From positions 96,001-160,000 of the IMG/VR virus record IMGVR_UViG_3300038301_000548: a stretch of DNA of 64,000 nt. One strand, written 5' to 3'. Shown here piece by piece: positions 35,601-42,498 of the stretch. Below the pieces are notes generated by a model that was not told the DNA's origin, searched no databases, and saw only the letters and a list, made by a program, of their open reading frames with translations. This DNA is from a virus. A program made the translations under genes and the position numbers. Each line of letters opens with the position of its first letter. The first letter of the stretch is position 1.

Positions 35601-36840
35601 CATCCAGAGTAGCTGTTGGTGCTGGTCTGAATGGAGGCAAATTGCTTAAAGTAAAATCAGTCTTATAGAAGTACCCCATAACGGTGTTACTAATAACAAA
35701 TGGGTCTGGGTCTGTTAAGGGGTCTGGTTCACCAATTCGAGATACCGCATCTGCATAATCGCCTGAGGACATAGTTGAAACGCTTTCTGATTTTGGAAAA
35801 TTATTTGAGACCTCTAGGAAAGCAGAATACAAAACACTCTTCCTACTCCTCTCTATAAGTTCATACCTTAAAGCAGCGAAATGCCTGTGGGCCAAGTCCC
35901 TGTATTGATCGTTGATATTATTACCGTCTAGACCCAGATCGACCGGCTGCAGAGGGTTTAATACACTTAAAGATTCACTTGGGCGAGCGGTGGCGTTATA
36001 TTTCTCTAGCGAGGCTATGAAATTCGAACCATCAGGGCCGAGATAATCTTTAAAGCCGGCGGGGCCGGCGCCCTGATCATATGAATAATTTGGGTGGTTT
36101 GGTATGCCTGCGAGGCCTTGCTTATTGTTAATTCCTTGCGACGTTGCTAGATCTTGAGAAAGGGTGCCCTCTACCAAAGACTGGTGCAAAGTGCGAGGAA
36201 TAATATCGTGAGCAAGAGTTTCGTTTTGGAAAACATTCGGGTCATGGTAGTATGTTGTCGCTCCGACTCTTGTTCTTGGGCGCCAGCCATGGAGCACTGC
36301 TAAGGTGGCCTCACCCAGAGTACCAAACTCAGATTGGAAAAAAGTGTCTATAGCCTCAAGTTGATCTTGCGCTAATTGTAGTATTTGGCTCTCAGCTCTT
36401 CTTTCCCGCTCATCGTCAGTTAGGTAACCGTCGTCTTCGACGTCTTTGTTGGAGCTGAAAACTTTGTTATAAACTTTTGAAGGTATTCCATATTTTGAAA
36501 ATAAGTAGCTTAGTATGTAAAATTGGTTATCTAATTGGAATTTTGTAAGGTAGGCTTCCATTGTGGAATCAAATGTTGCCGCCTCTCTCAATGAGACTTC
36601 CTTCCCAGTCATACAGTCCAGCCAATGATTCTTGTTGTCGAACACATCGGGATTCGCTTCTTCGGGAGCAAGAAGCTCTACAGATCCGAGCGCTTTACGA
36701 ACTACTAGAATGTCGCGACCTTGGTCACCGGGGCGACGTGGACCAAAACTTATTTTTTCTGATTGTTCAGTATTAGAGCTTGGAGTCTCTAACTCTAATT
36801 TGTATGGCCTGGTTGCGCTATATCTTCTATTATTGCTCAT
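23629..36840 (-). CDS. Giant protein (4403 aa), probable virion/tail-associated, with a peptidoglycan-binding-like N-terminus
   Basis: Uninterrupted 13.2-kb ORF between the spike and gp25 genes. The N-terminal G.QGRDILVVRKAL...LTKFQ...GTLGEATL resembles a PG_binding_1 fold with an insertion. Confidence 0.7.
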   Translation of the reverse strand: MSNNRRYSATRPYKLELETPSSNTEQSEKISFGPRRPGDQGRDILVVRKALGSVELLAPEEANPDVFDNKNHWLDCMTGKEVSLREAATFDSTMEAYLTKFQLDNQFYILSYLFSKYGIPSKVYNKVFSSNKDVEDDGYLTDDERERRAESQILQLAQDQLEAIDTFFQSEFGTLGEATLAVLHGWRPRTRVGATTYYHDPNVFQNETLAHDIIPRTLHQSLVEGTLSQDLATSQGINNKQGLAGIPNHPNYSYDQGAGPAGFKDYLGPDGSNFIASLEKYNATARPSESLSVLNPLQPVDLGLDGNNINDQYRDLAHRHFAALRYELIERSRKSVLYSAFLEVSNNFPKSESVSTMSSGDYADAVSRIGEPDPLTDPDPFVISNTVMGYFYKTDFTLSNLPPFRPAPTATLDEKVEYQQAIRELEQKALYSLLVHLNKPILFKLDPKSASFQDAFTVVGSEYDTIQGQDGASRLNSPTGSPAKERISQIFPKLNVSSGEWLLAPDVFLDNFLEQFESPGYQDLSEDLVQTIQSIQPYTDIEVYESADPDSRGLMLSINTAEPLIKFVEFRFPSLRPGDKYRAKFLINRAKLAQITEDNGILESQLRISESQNSQGALAPVIQEPSNPTDSCNDAPLTEDQQERRYEEYRALAAKRRREIARALRESQTAAAELQNRAETANTSVDLGVFGNANVNLGPINLGDFSGSQDEFSNSVLKVGTSLLKTPLDAFSEWAYNKKFGNRRYVEIYMTYREIKDRVDISAKDIREAFASCKEDKIRFSSNYDGNLEATKLEDGLLQLKNYIKKKLPQSSDFEFGDDTLAGLVSEIPYAQELSGFDAIQGGADADGAASNWRWKYPNNIKIIFSANTGQIESIQAGKNIIFESRKGRGIKGKYSDLKAQAPALTRPMTSIYLSQLYRMSGGLAMGSWLNFFDLSNSELCSDLDLGKKGLAYLKRYTPGLDGIAKTYDALQIWTDQNIKAPFKEWYDERTTSKDFTNLDSVFGQDEHLKMLGNACTVPKVFSEFIDRVSPGALLCDFLKCLKIPAFNLSIPNFSYPDWPDFSIFRWWAGAWKFLWDKLGKIIGRFLCTLARTIIDFLRIPWCEEILRDQLYGEASSSTSVVQNAMARGLVDLGLDQKNADLAPDFIERSGVVLTNRELCRLLQGDPLDPATIAMLTSIARSMGLDQLDDEESIMQLYDHIGTFMPDGFCEALSGTDWLTTATTCEDTATAISDLRRSLLANDASEEEINRVLDEAKDQLMSQARAFELLSEQGLNAIIPPLLDMSNPDAIVNQLPKNLNDQAIKSIKDMFEPTKMSYVSSLSAYGPAYYLDGFKLPTPEDEDFDDAANITVETILENFRLLQVIRDEASGGANSIDSLQKQIHILHQIYETKKYETSDKRILKLFKYQNAANAAHPIHNVPASAKPQHQLWPAEEALAPYREATYDERSRAGNSKETRLYPRPIGFSRNSFFEKDESNNITNKYITSGEQAEDTLAQIDSTAHADQANLGLFNFGSNYLVYESGVPYHFVNNYKLLANAESAEELEPGSQVSYLQQVLQDRLMELQGILSTYLPNVSTPIPHESHLEIIKDVLSASKETSAELRDIAARGLNPLTHPTQGIYFDAPAVDQNNRFIDGPDVRKLTIDFKSALGVPGPSISLYEFKSKTSALPENSLDQKKYDPYTITLYGDNLFRDTSAENPKVFRFCDSIVGPDNEIQDANLITVRADSDRQVTYIEASHDRGSTVATHVFTNYQNIPPGVYTRREIFARMHLKSLTSMAQRYELPAAERADEIQEEFDKLTIDGEIRDNLYHKQYPEFLEGIFEQVFYSLRNSRVYDEDGYFDSFRRRVAGQVFYNEIEDCYKNRYSVSQLGTLSFEKLITDEIGRQLRAEMSRPENSFENVDYDDLGPIEKAIQNVCMIGFVRICLVELLLKGSLAYSVWDFEGVYDEPLMKEFIYEFIKHEIERIPSIRDEWKPIISRITGIQAPYIALKRLVQQQSMKMQDLSKNVYNNNPNLDYYKWFTSYFIPQSEVSRTMISIDGDPVDIEAGVFINDVGEVIVEPPEDLRNFERPEYFWWQHPLRDTNNVIINPEIENSNSGLGSVRTALNHVNGNDPFFHIEHGLRVTGPLAALETLILPTREIIEAFTTANIDDNPELFTDVENRIPQKLNIKDSLGRLQNVSHPNIENYDFKETPAIPGSAQGSSVEEYDADSTIDKREEIFHIDDFLGAINGALNEDDLDKYIKHMQGLYDYDEDPDSATGGRQRNTDVQTVDGYPYAIDRTPTRFIKKTRRIVKFNKDFISHGFGSFFEGALGDTSLSEFHEMLNGSISFPGDQPAAALRSACSNSITHGDSEDSYYIIAQDGKDLMKMYHELGLRYIGDPGAFTTLEQSSKMSDILLEASENSKEYLEYISENLKHDFQSGPSTQHYENIEFTNIDELNIKFANGQARVDQINGSMLRAYGIPHGLTFPIGKDSQAATLGVQRDLLGRTLPVDDNNIFDLTRDQLVHMRHPAAPHRQRIFENKLGEFEDEQSFDTARAAFETPLMSPRDQATREEHWVETVYEFSGDASILAGLHGSFTIGDTFDPAVLHFIPEQETSNLFGDFHENTLQLLYDEVDGYDSDGHLIGTGENDNNTMLDPALVQNSRTFFMRRSDQRPVPDNRLDIDGLPLGPYIIRPMGIDKLSNIALTAPWLIANPSANSNARGTETANENYREEDCPFQRTNVEASMLHWLRRAQNESWSFQPIGGGDPMNLGAARLDSEDPRGETCKILHEVPEFFEARANGRLDLRAKKHKLLPPNIYPIPLRILVTRVYISGQSRPSEVYCKVVLPEYLEDLKKSTSITTQGLSRIGAIQSNIGKLNVAIRDIMTDFTNLHNGFVQALSADDDDNPHRITSLDNKILAAAAAPGADRQREWTGRFPDFSLDFFDRTQQGMQKIYRSSALNPTSRVQFCSIERIYSKVFENDTDPSAANNPNYNSKAELDRLFSSRGNLIRRSGINPTGFYLLEKDYNLSNPRTSTGTFFQSLTAIKGVLNSFLREKRPDSLWGYLTAQTVSPLTQEQGENLNLPGNLTTNIIPTNIEDRTLKATSQEAINMMFEGNANLPDLAFTQTAPLGLTLATRSRDDIALDVTIVSPNSMAATDMFTTGFLPSWSQALLPTVALESGLPGNIEHLDAQTTPRRKLINPDVCGFNNVNSLICPLSAPAGMSMPYSIARNHNFFSFSRVDKKYRLTPDLSPGNLVDTRRAMAESINTIDYYFRGENQTLIPRYATGDFKPSDIPGLEGYADDGKLIQPPQGPVSGLLNDGAGEYLVNYNRIPTIKMPFHNKNNNTLYYSDGRLSMADVSIFIRSVIKHTLNKTSRPGAENTHFGSENLDSLYSYPAFFRNKKNAEVIRRLIQMGQAAEAADEVEDFIVPTSEDAPIDNIYTAVYRIKAQNSKIIKQVQVDEAFDLIMQFLTGIGVMVARRYMYSIRSECNILYGETKFTNPVAPYALNLMIKVYQKIKDSNLSPEDTIAAFAAMAQYDISADLLVQNVNRDQGANQKFWNRVPANQQEDGAGLAVVRQKVPWALACLYYMHIMLCWIDTSQTFSKVKDPGDQGLGPHSDEFRKLFFMLCINMSHSTGTDFWGNPSDRQNSQMFRFRVTQIPGYNDTNSFNGDWKDRANKREISIMHGDGNGRVVHRLAGSDSHVEAAQMAIKPRDMEEWIPWSDLGYNVRENGRFSNLLGNRGGIEWLIRTTILFHNEVCNDRFGALGLNFNGNFGTGPIGILAFLNQREFAPRQFDPLDFVTAESRLHDPRNPNPHNTWQAALEGYNNSFDGQAEDNLDSFAENVRAAHMRNMVLYEEEEMTSVFAGRPEDILLKMDYEMYKFVFTPGNTDYTPLTKSFNKYLLDKQITDTDLDTAMSPLQLKEQYNKAILKLLYTSPVAIPGLPANTIHSLPISAGTVINIKDTYMAALNGSTGIDQAISSAVFDKALLGVKQGLMRTSTVEQICRFVSNIPINNHSPGAAASEITDLSRSTILRKPSEELRTGRMDNFLSVPLGEERLDISPLGEVMINCWPLSSFKEKYHLRQRGISERLLRKPETKALLQYVLPVKRFQAISTVYATSLLSGYSTMPSILQTPKHNLAFLTKMSGLNAKERNEFLNNHSQAEAMKSLTDNPISNPENLDCFDLAIPREFFDNFKDMLKDLIKYFPSALFRGIASTIDPAYKEMKTHWENCNIENLSWDGIRTVSADKSLMSAGLQRNAEGEKGKYSTVIVSTGRDIWYSVDSLFDGDTKPMKRTLERAVGYLYKGPVALMDGVFAFGVPCMDHESQWPDEGLKPWNADRYGHPLSPFTILALSTYQLPGEKKMRQRSGACDDEAPALYTPEHMEERVCRSPLPSPFGQMPNPEDFE

Positions 36841-36860
36841 TTTTTTATAGTAAGTTCCGT

Positions 36861-38336
36861 TTAATTAACCGTATTATTGCGGCTATTGATGTACTTTGGG
36901 CCGCCGGGATCTAAATACTTCGTAGCATACAGACCTTTGTTTAGATCATTCATAAATAGTCCTAACCTAGTATTAATCAATAAGTCTAAAGTTGTTAATA
37001 TACCTTGTAGTGTTGCTTCGATACTCGGAGGAGTCGGCAGCAGTTCTGGCAATATATGGTAGTGGTTTGCTAAAATCTGATTAAAGTTCATTTGACTTGC
37101 GGCAAACGCATCAACGATGCCGCCTAATTTACTTATCAAGTCCACCATCTTTGTCAACCCCTCAACTAGATTATCCCCTAATACTAGTGGCTGTTGTGGT
37201 AATCTTTTTCCCGATTTATCACTACCATTCTCAGATATCAGGTGGATGCCGTTATTTTGTGTTATCCTATTGCCTTGCGAGTTAAACTTCTCATGGCGGC
37301 CGCCGGTAATGATCTTTATATCTTGTCGCGAATGGAGTCTAAGTTTATCCGCTTTCAACATTATCCCAGAACAAGGGTAAAGCTTTGTCTTCTTTTCCTG
37401 TTGTTGAGTGGCTGCATCAGGTGACTTAATGTTAAAATTATAATCTAAAGTTGTCATCTGTCCCATGTATATGCGAGCAGCGTCCATGCAGATTCCTGGG
37501 TGGTAGCCGCCTTTAAGTTGAACATTCTTAATCTCTGGTGTATTATGAGTGTTGAACATTGGGCCTGCGTTGATTGACCCTGAGTGCGAATCTTTATTAA
37601 TTGGAAATGGGGCCATTCTCCCTACAACCAAATCTAAACAGCCTGCTCCCATATGATCTGAATATCTAGATTCTATATTTCGCTTGTTTGAATTTACCGA
37701 ATATGAAAAGCCTGGATCATTTGTTCTTTCTCTTCCGAAGAAAATAGATGCGTTGTTATTAGTAGCTGACTTATTTAGTGTCTTTGCTGTCAGCACTATT
37801 TCTCCAGGCCTCAATATGTGGCCGGGTAATGGTTCTTCTAGAGTGCGGCCGCTTTTGCCATCATTGCCGCCAGGAAAATCTATATGGTTCCTTGGTAGGC
37901 CCTTGATCATCGATCTTTTTGGAGGATCAGACTGTGCAGATGCGGGGGTCCCTAGCGACATACTTTTAGGTTCCGGGTCGTCGGTATCGGCGGCGGATGA
38001 CTTAATTGGGTCTGGTATCAGACTATCCAGCTTGTTGGATTTCGTTGCCGATTCTACTGACAGGGTCTGGGGATCTGCTTCTTCAAGTACTCCTCGCAAT
38101 AGCCTCTGGCTCACATCAAACTTATGCTCAAACTGAGAATATTTTCCATAGACAGTGCTTGTAAAACGCTCCATAGCAGAACTATATGCTGCGCTTTCGG
38201 TATTACCAGATGCTTCGACAGATGTTGACTCATTATCAATTTCTACCGAAATTCTCACCTTATGTTTGCCGGTCTGTTTGTCGTACATTCGAGAGAATCT
38301 AGGAGCCTTTGTGATCGTTAGGCCGTTATACTTCAT
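36861..38336 (-). CDS. Putative baseplate hub/central spike protein (491 aa)
   Basis: C-terminal QPLVLGDNL...NHYH resembles the spike HxH metal-binding apex. NNASIFFGRE and LDLVVGR are beta-rich hub-like segments. Position next to baseplate genes. Confidence 0.55.
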   Translation of the reverse strand: MKYNGLTITKAPRFSRMYDKQTGKHKVRISVEIDNESTSVEASGNTESAAYSSAMERFTSTVYGKYSQFEHKFDVSQRLLRGVLEEADPQTLSVESATKSNKLDSLIPDPIKSSAADTDDPEPKSMSLGTPASAQSDPPKRSMIKGLPRNHIDFPGGNDGKSGRTLEEPLPGHILRPGEIVLTAKTLNKSATNNNASIFFGRERTNDPGFSYSVNSNKRNIESRYSDHMGAGCLDLVVGRMAPFPINKDSHSGSINAGPMFNTHNTPEIKNVQLKGGYHPGICMDAARIYMGQMTTLDYNFNIKSPDAATQQQEKKTKLYPCSGIMLKADKLRLHSRQDIKIITGGRHEKFNSQGNRITQNNGIHLISENGSDKSGKRLPQQPLVLGDNLVEGLTKMVDLISKLGGIVDAFAASQMNFNQILANHYHILPELLPTPPSIEATLQGILTTLDLLINTRLGLFMNDLNKGLYATKYLDPGGPKYINSRNNTVN

Positions 38337-38344
38337 TATAATCC

Positions 38345-38851
38345 TTATTTAATAATCCCATGAGAATAGTCGTACTCTCGGTCGAACTCAATCCGGACGG
38401 TAGTTAGCTTTCCTGGTTTTGTGCCGTCAATTTTTCTCTTGTAACCTTTTGGAAACCTAGAGATTCTTTTCAGAGTCATAGCTATATCACTTTTTTGATT
38501 ACCTTTTTTCTCACCGGGGGTATTGAGGAGATCTATGCCGGTCCGCGTGGGTTGGGGTAGTGGGGCACAAATCTCCTCGACGTAAACGATTACTTCAAAG
38601 ATAGTTGTGTTGGGATCCATATCATTACCCTCGGTTACTGCCTCAATAAAGTCCTGGTCAAAGCGTTTTTGAAAGTCTTTAAATTTAATCTCTGTTGTAT
38701 ATAATGCGAAACCCGTAAACGTCATTGTTTCATTAGCTCTACTGGCTTCTTGGATTTTGTTAAATACCATAGCGTCCAGGTTTTCTTTCTTGGTTGCAGG
38801 AGTCCCAGTGGTCGCCTTTGGTGCAGCCTTTTGTTTCGCGGTACCGCCCAT
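38345..38851 (-). CDS. Hypothetical protein (168 aa)
   Basis: ORF with GGAGG RBS, coupled to its neighbours. Confidence 0.6.
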   Translation of the reverse strand: MGGTAKQKAAPKATTGTPATKKENLDAMVFNKIQEASRANETMTFTGFALYTTEIKFKDFQKRFDQDFIEAVTEGNDMDPNTTIFEVIVYVEEICAPLPQPTRTGIDLLNTPGEKKGNQKSDIAMTLKRISRFPKGYKRKIDGTKPGKLTTVRIEFDREYDYSHGIIK

Positions 38852-39162
38852 CAGGAGACCTCCCCTTCCGGTGGCTGAATCTCTTGATTAATAAGATCGA
38901 ATATTTCTTGTTTATCCTCTTCTGTTATATTTTGGGAAACGGCAGAATCTTTTTGCACTAGTGCTGCTAGCTTGACTAACTGCTCATTTGATCTCTGAAG
39001 CGTTTCTAGATATTTAGCTGCAACCAGGCCGACTTCGCGGTGGCGATCGTCACTAGATTGCATATATTTCATAAGATTCATCAACAGAGTCTTAGTGGCG
39101 GCGCGGTCCTCAGTTATATTGCTCTTGGCCTGTTCTATAAAATTTTCTACTTTTTTAGACAT
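38851..39162 (-). CDS. Hypothetical helical protein (103 aa)
   Basis: ORF coupled (TGATG overlap) to the downstream gene. Confidence 0.6.
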   Translation of the reverse strand: MSKKVENFIEQAKSNITEDRAATKTLLMNLMKYMQSSDDRHREVGLVAAKYLETLQRSNEQLVKLAALVQKDSAVSQNITEEDKQEIFDLINQEIQPPEGEVS

Positions 39163-39190
39163 AATATAATTATATTTTAATAAAAAATAT

Positions 39191-39913
39191 TCACTCTTTA
39201 TCCCACTTGGTTTTAAAATTCCTGTATCTTTCTCTTAATTTATTTAAGTTATTTACAACTTGCTTTGTATTCAAGCCCGTAAGTTCTCTTAAATACAGGT
39301 ATACTGCTTTCTTGTTGAATATTTCGATATCGTCAATATTATGCAAGAGAACCTTTACTGCATCTAAAACTATTTTTTCATTCTTCTTAAGGTTTCCGTT
39401 ATCCCATCTATCCAAATTGTTTAATAAAGTATTCCAAAACTCCACTTCAATTCTTTGAGACAAGTACGAGTCAGTGCCATCTGTTGTGCCTAGTATATCT
39501 GGGCCTCCATTGTGGACCAAATTTTCAAAAGATACTTCTTTTTTTAATTTTTTAGAATTTGCTTTTACTTTGTGTATAAACCAATTTTTTGTTACCACTG
39601 AAAAGTAGGAGAAGGCCTTTGATCCCCTGTTCGGGTTGTACTTATTTAGTATGGTAGTTAGCCATACTTTACAGTCTTCCCTGAGTGAATCTATATTCGG
39701 AAGGATATTAAACTTATAAGTAAATACTATTTTATCAACCATTTCACTAAAGGCGGGTTGAATCAATGTCACATAGAGTCTTGTTCTTTCTACATTGCAG
39801 GTTATCTTGCAATATTCTACGATGGCGTTTTCGTGTGTTTTCGTAAAATAATTATTTTTTGTTCTTTTGCGACGCTTTCGCTTAAACATTACCGGCTTCT
39901 TGTCGGGGTCCAT
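39191..39913 (-). CDS. Phage sigma factor, T4 gp55-like (late transcription)
   Basis: NYFT...AIVEY...LREDCKVWLTTILNKYNPNRGSKAFSYFSVVTKNWF resembles the gp55/sigma region-2 motif (F.P.K...AF.YFT....N.F). Confidence 0.7.
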   Translation of the reverse strand: MDPDKKPVMFKRKRRKRTKNNYFTKTHENAIVEYCKITCNVERTRLYVTLIQPAFSEMVDKIVFTYKFNILPNIDSLREDCKVWLTTILNKYNPNRGSKAFSYFSVVTKNWFIHKVKANSKKLKKEVSFENLVHNGGPDILGTTDGTDSYLSQRIEVEFWNTLLNNLDRWDNGNLKKNEKIVLDAVKVLLHNIDDIEIFNKKAVYLYLRELTGLNTKQVVNNLNKLRERYRNFKTKWDKE

Positions 39914-40222
39914 CTAAATATCTCCGCCTTCAGATTCATTAATGTTTGATTCTACTGGATCTTCCTCCAATACTATATAATCTAAGGTATTGATCTTGTC
40001 TACAATTTCGCGGCCATGGGTAATTAAGTTCCCCAATGTGGGGTCACCGTAGAACATCTCCATTTCATGCACGCCATTTACATGAGAAACGTATTGTGAA
40101 ATAATATCAGCAGTAGCTCTGAAGTCTTCTTCGTTTGTTCTTGTTATCTTAATTAACCATCGGGTATACAAAAGAAAAGTTATGTTAAATATGAGGCTTA
40201 GTGATAGAATTATTTCTAGCAT
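39914..40222 (-). CDS. Small membrane-anchored protein (102 aa)
   Basis: N-terminal hydrophobic helix LEIILSLSLIFNITFLLY. Confidence 0.6.
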   Translation of the reverse strand: MLEIILSLSLIFNITFLLYTRWLIKITRTNEEDFRATADIISQYVSHVNGVHEMEMFYGDPTLGNLITHGREIVDKINTLDYIVLEEDPVESNINESEGGDI

Positions 40223-40476
40223 TATTGTTTTAGCTCCTTTTTGGCTTCTTCTTTTTGGTCCTTAAGGTCTTTCTTTGCGTCTTCTATGAAAGAATCGACA
40301 ACTGATCCTGTTTTGCGAGCTGTATCTTTCTCTTCTTTCTTTAATCGGAATTCCGGTATTTTTCTCAAGAAACCTAGCCGATGACATTTAATGCAAACTT
40401 CCTGTACAAAAAACATACCATGAGATACCTCAAAGTCTTGGTTGCATGCATCGCAAATATATGCGTATCGTGGCAT
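40222..40476 (-). CDS. FmdB-family zinc-ribbon protein
   Basis: MPRYAYICDACNQDFEV...CIKC, a CxxC-CxxC ribbon with the family's MP.Y.Y.C start. Confidence 0.8.
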   Translation of the reverse strand: MPRYAYICDACNQDFEVSHGMFFVQEVCIKCHRLGFLRKIPEFRLKKEEKDTARKTGSVVDSFIEDAKKDLKDQKEEAKKELKQ

Positions 40477-40479
40477 TGT

Positions 40480-40695
40480 TTAATCAGACCCTGTGGTGTT
40501 CTTTACTTCGTCTTGTGGTGGATCTTTTGTTTCTTTCAGTTTGAAGGTGGGAGGGTTCTTAACGGACAGTTGCTCGTTAGAATCGAGACTGAATTCGAAA
40601 GACTCTAAAGTTGGAACAATGTCTGTCTGTTCTAATAGTGATTTCTGAAGGGCCATCATCAGGGCGCCCATTGCTTGGTTCGATAATTTCATCAT
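40480..40695 (-). CDS. Hypothetical protein (~71 aa; start re-assigned)
   Basis: An AAGGAG RBS precedes ATGATG at 40695 (MMKLSNQAMGALMMALQKSL). The longer 111-aa call lacks an RBS and overlaps the upstream gene. Confidence 0.55.
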   Translation of the reverse strand: MMKLSNQAMGALMMALQKSLLEQTDIVPTLESFEFSLDSNEQLSVKNPPTFKLKETKDPPQDEVKNTTGSD

Positions 40696-40804
40696 TAACT
40701 CCTTAGTAATATTTTCTTTTATTTTTATGGCCATTTCTCTTTTTGCGCTATGGCTATAAAAGTTTGTATTTTTTGGAAACTTATCTAGTATTTCTAATAT
40801 AAGA

Positions 40805-41638
40805 TTATATAACACTTTCTAATACTTTTTCATATATAAATTCTGGTGGTGGGTGCCAACCGTATTTATCTAGAAACTCTACCTTAGTATTCAGTGGGTT
40901 CCAGGTGTTTTCATACCTATATTGTGACATTTCTCTAGAGCCCCAAACTAAATGAGAACACTCGCATAGGCTGGCTAAATGCATCGGACCAGAAGAAGGT
41001 CCGATGGCGATGCGGGCATCCGAAAGTAACTGGCATGTTTCTTTCAGCGAACAACCCCTAAAATCAGTGGTGCCAGGTAGAGCAAGCGACTCTGTGGTCG
41101 AGCCCACACAAGCAATACTAAAGTCATTTTCCAGTAGCCCAATTAAGGTTTTCCAATTTGCCAAGCTCCAGTTGTCCTGCTCTCTCAGGTTTCTATTCCT
41201 AGCATGAACAATGATGTCGTGCCTTTTACCCTTCCCCATTTCTGCTTTATAAGAAATGTACTCCGGAGTTACCTGAAATGGACCTACCTCTACGTTGTCG
41301 TTCCAATTCGTGTATGGTGGGGTGCCGATTCGGCGAGGGGGAAGCCAAGAGAACTTATTCTTTCTTTTTCCTAAAATTGTGAAAAGAAGTTGTCGGTCCA
41401 AAAACAGACCCTGTTTAAAGAAGGAGTCAGAAAGACCTGTGTCTGGTGGGTCATAGGCTATTATCTCTTCAGCGAAATCCTCGTATAATTGTTCCGATCC
41501 TGGTTTGCAAATTATTACTATTTTCAGGTTGTGTTGTTTCTTTATCGCTCTTAGGTAGCCCTGCCAAGCAAACAACTCCCATCCGAATTCGCCAACCCAT
41601 GGGCCTGCGACGATTGTCTTACCCATATAATCTGTCAT
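40805..41638 (-). CDS. Glycosyltransferase family 9-like (heptosyltransferase fold)
   Basis: DNWSLANWKTLI...IACVG...DFRGCSLKETCQLLSDARIAIGPSSGPMHLASL matches the GT9 C-terminal motif. Confidence 0.75.
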   Translation of the reverse strand: MTDYMGKTIVAGPWVGEFGWELFAWQGYLRAIKKQHNLKIVIICKPGSEQLYEDFAEEIIAYDPPDTGLSDSFFKQGLFLDRQLLFTILGKRKNKFSWLPPRRIGTPPYTNWNDNVEVGPFQVTPEYISYKAEMGKGKRHDIIVHARNRNLREQDNWSLANWKTLIGLLENDFSIACVGSTTESLALPGTTDFRGCSLKETCQLLSDARIAIGPSSGPMHLASLCECSHLVWGSREMSQYRYENTWNPLNTKVEFLDKYGWHPPPEFIYEKVLESVI

Positions 41639-42491
41639 AGTGTCCTACCAGTTTCTCTGCCCAGTGCTTCCTATTATATTTTTGCACTGTTTGGTTTCCT
41701 TTTTTCGCTATTTCTTCGCGAAGAGAATCATTTTCTAGAAAAAACTTAATCTTTTCGTTTAAATCTTGCGCATCGCGGTATATGACAAGGTCTTTTTGAT
41801 CTTCGAACATTTCATCTCTGCCTAGCCAATCGTTGGTAAGCAAGAAACCACCTGCGGCAAGAACCTTATATATACGATCGGAGGCGCCGCGGTCTGTACA
41901 AAAATTTAAATTAATCTTTGTTTTTGAGACACTTTCGGAATGTTGGGCGCCGAACGCGTTATTGATGACTACCAGTGGACTTTCTATTGATTCAATCCAT
42001 GTTTTCCTAGTTCCATAGACGTTACCGATAAACGATATATCATATTGTTTGTCAATCTGCTTCGGGTATTCGACCATTTCATCATACCCCTCACAAACGT
42101 GAAAAGATCTCTTATTTATGCCAAGTGCTTGGGATAAGACATTTTTCTTGTCACAGCAGAAAAAATCGACCAGAGAAGTTTTCTCTCTCATTTCGTCGTC
42201 ATAAGAGATCAGTGGGTCCATAAACCAAAGGCAGGTCTTTGAGTACTTTCTTGATTCCGCAAAAACATCGTATGAGACTTGGTTACATTTGCTGAATAAA
42301 ATTAAATCAAATTTACGTTCTTGAATTACCTCAAGCAGGTCGCGATCGCGGGCGCGTTGTCCGATTCTCGATGCCTTAATTCTATAATTATACCCCACAA
42401 CATGCTGGCCTAGGCGCTTCAAGCTTGCAATCTGGGAATTGTTTGTGGATTTTCCTATGTTGTCAAACACCCCTACAAAAAGAATTTTCAT
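41619..42491 (-). CDS. CgeB/YkvP-like glycosyltransferase (Glyco_trans_1_2)
   Basis: YDISFIGN...KINLNF...SDRIYKVLAAGGFLLTN...F...KDLVIY....L.EKIKFFL. Confidence 0.8.
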   Translation of the reverse strand: MKILFVGVFDNIGKSTNNSQIASLKRLGQHVVGYNYRIKASRIGQRARDRDLLEVIQERKFDLILFSKCNQVSYDVFAESRKYSKTCLWFMDPLISYDDEMREKTSLVDFFCCDKKNVLSQALGINKRSFHVCEGYDEMVEYPKQIDKQYDISFIGNVYGTRKTWIESIESPLVVINNAFGAQHSESVSKTKINLNFCTDRGASDRIYKVLAAGGFLLTNDWLGRDEMFEDQKDLVIYRDAQDLNEKIKFFLENDSLREEIAKKGNQTVQKYNRKHWAEKLVGHYDRLYG

Positions 42492-42498
42492 TTTTTAA

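Noticed and set aside
8624-36840. Inteins or introns inflating the giant ORFs
   Set aside because: No C/S...HN splice motifs, LAGLIDADG motifs or ORF interruptions were recognised by eye; an HMM scan would be needed to exclude them fully.
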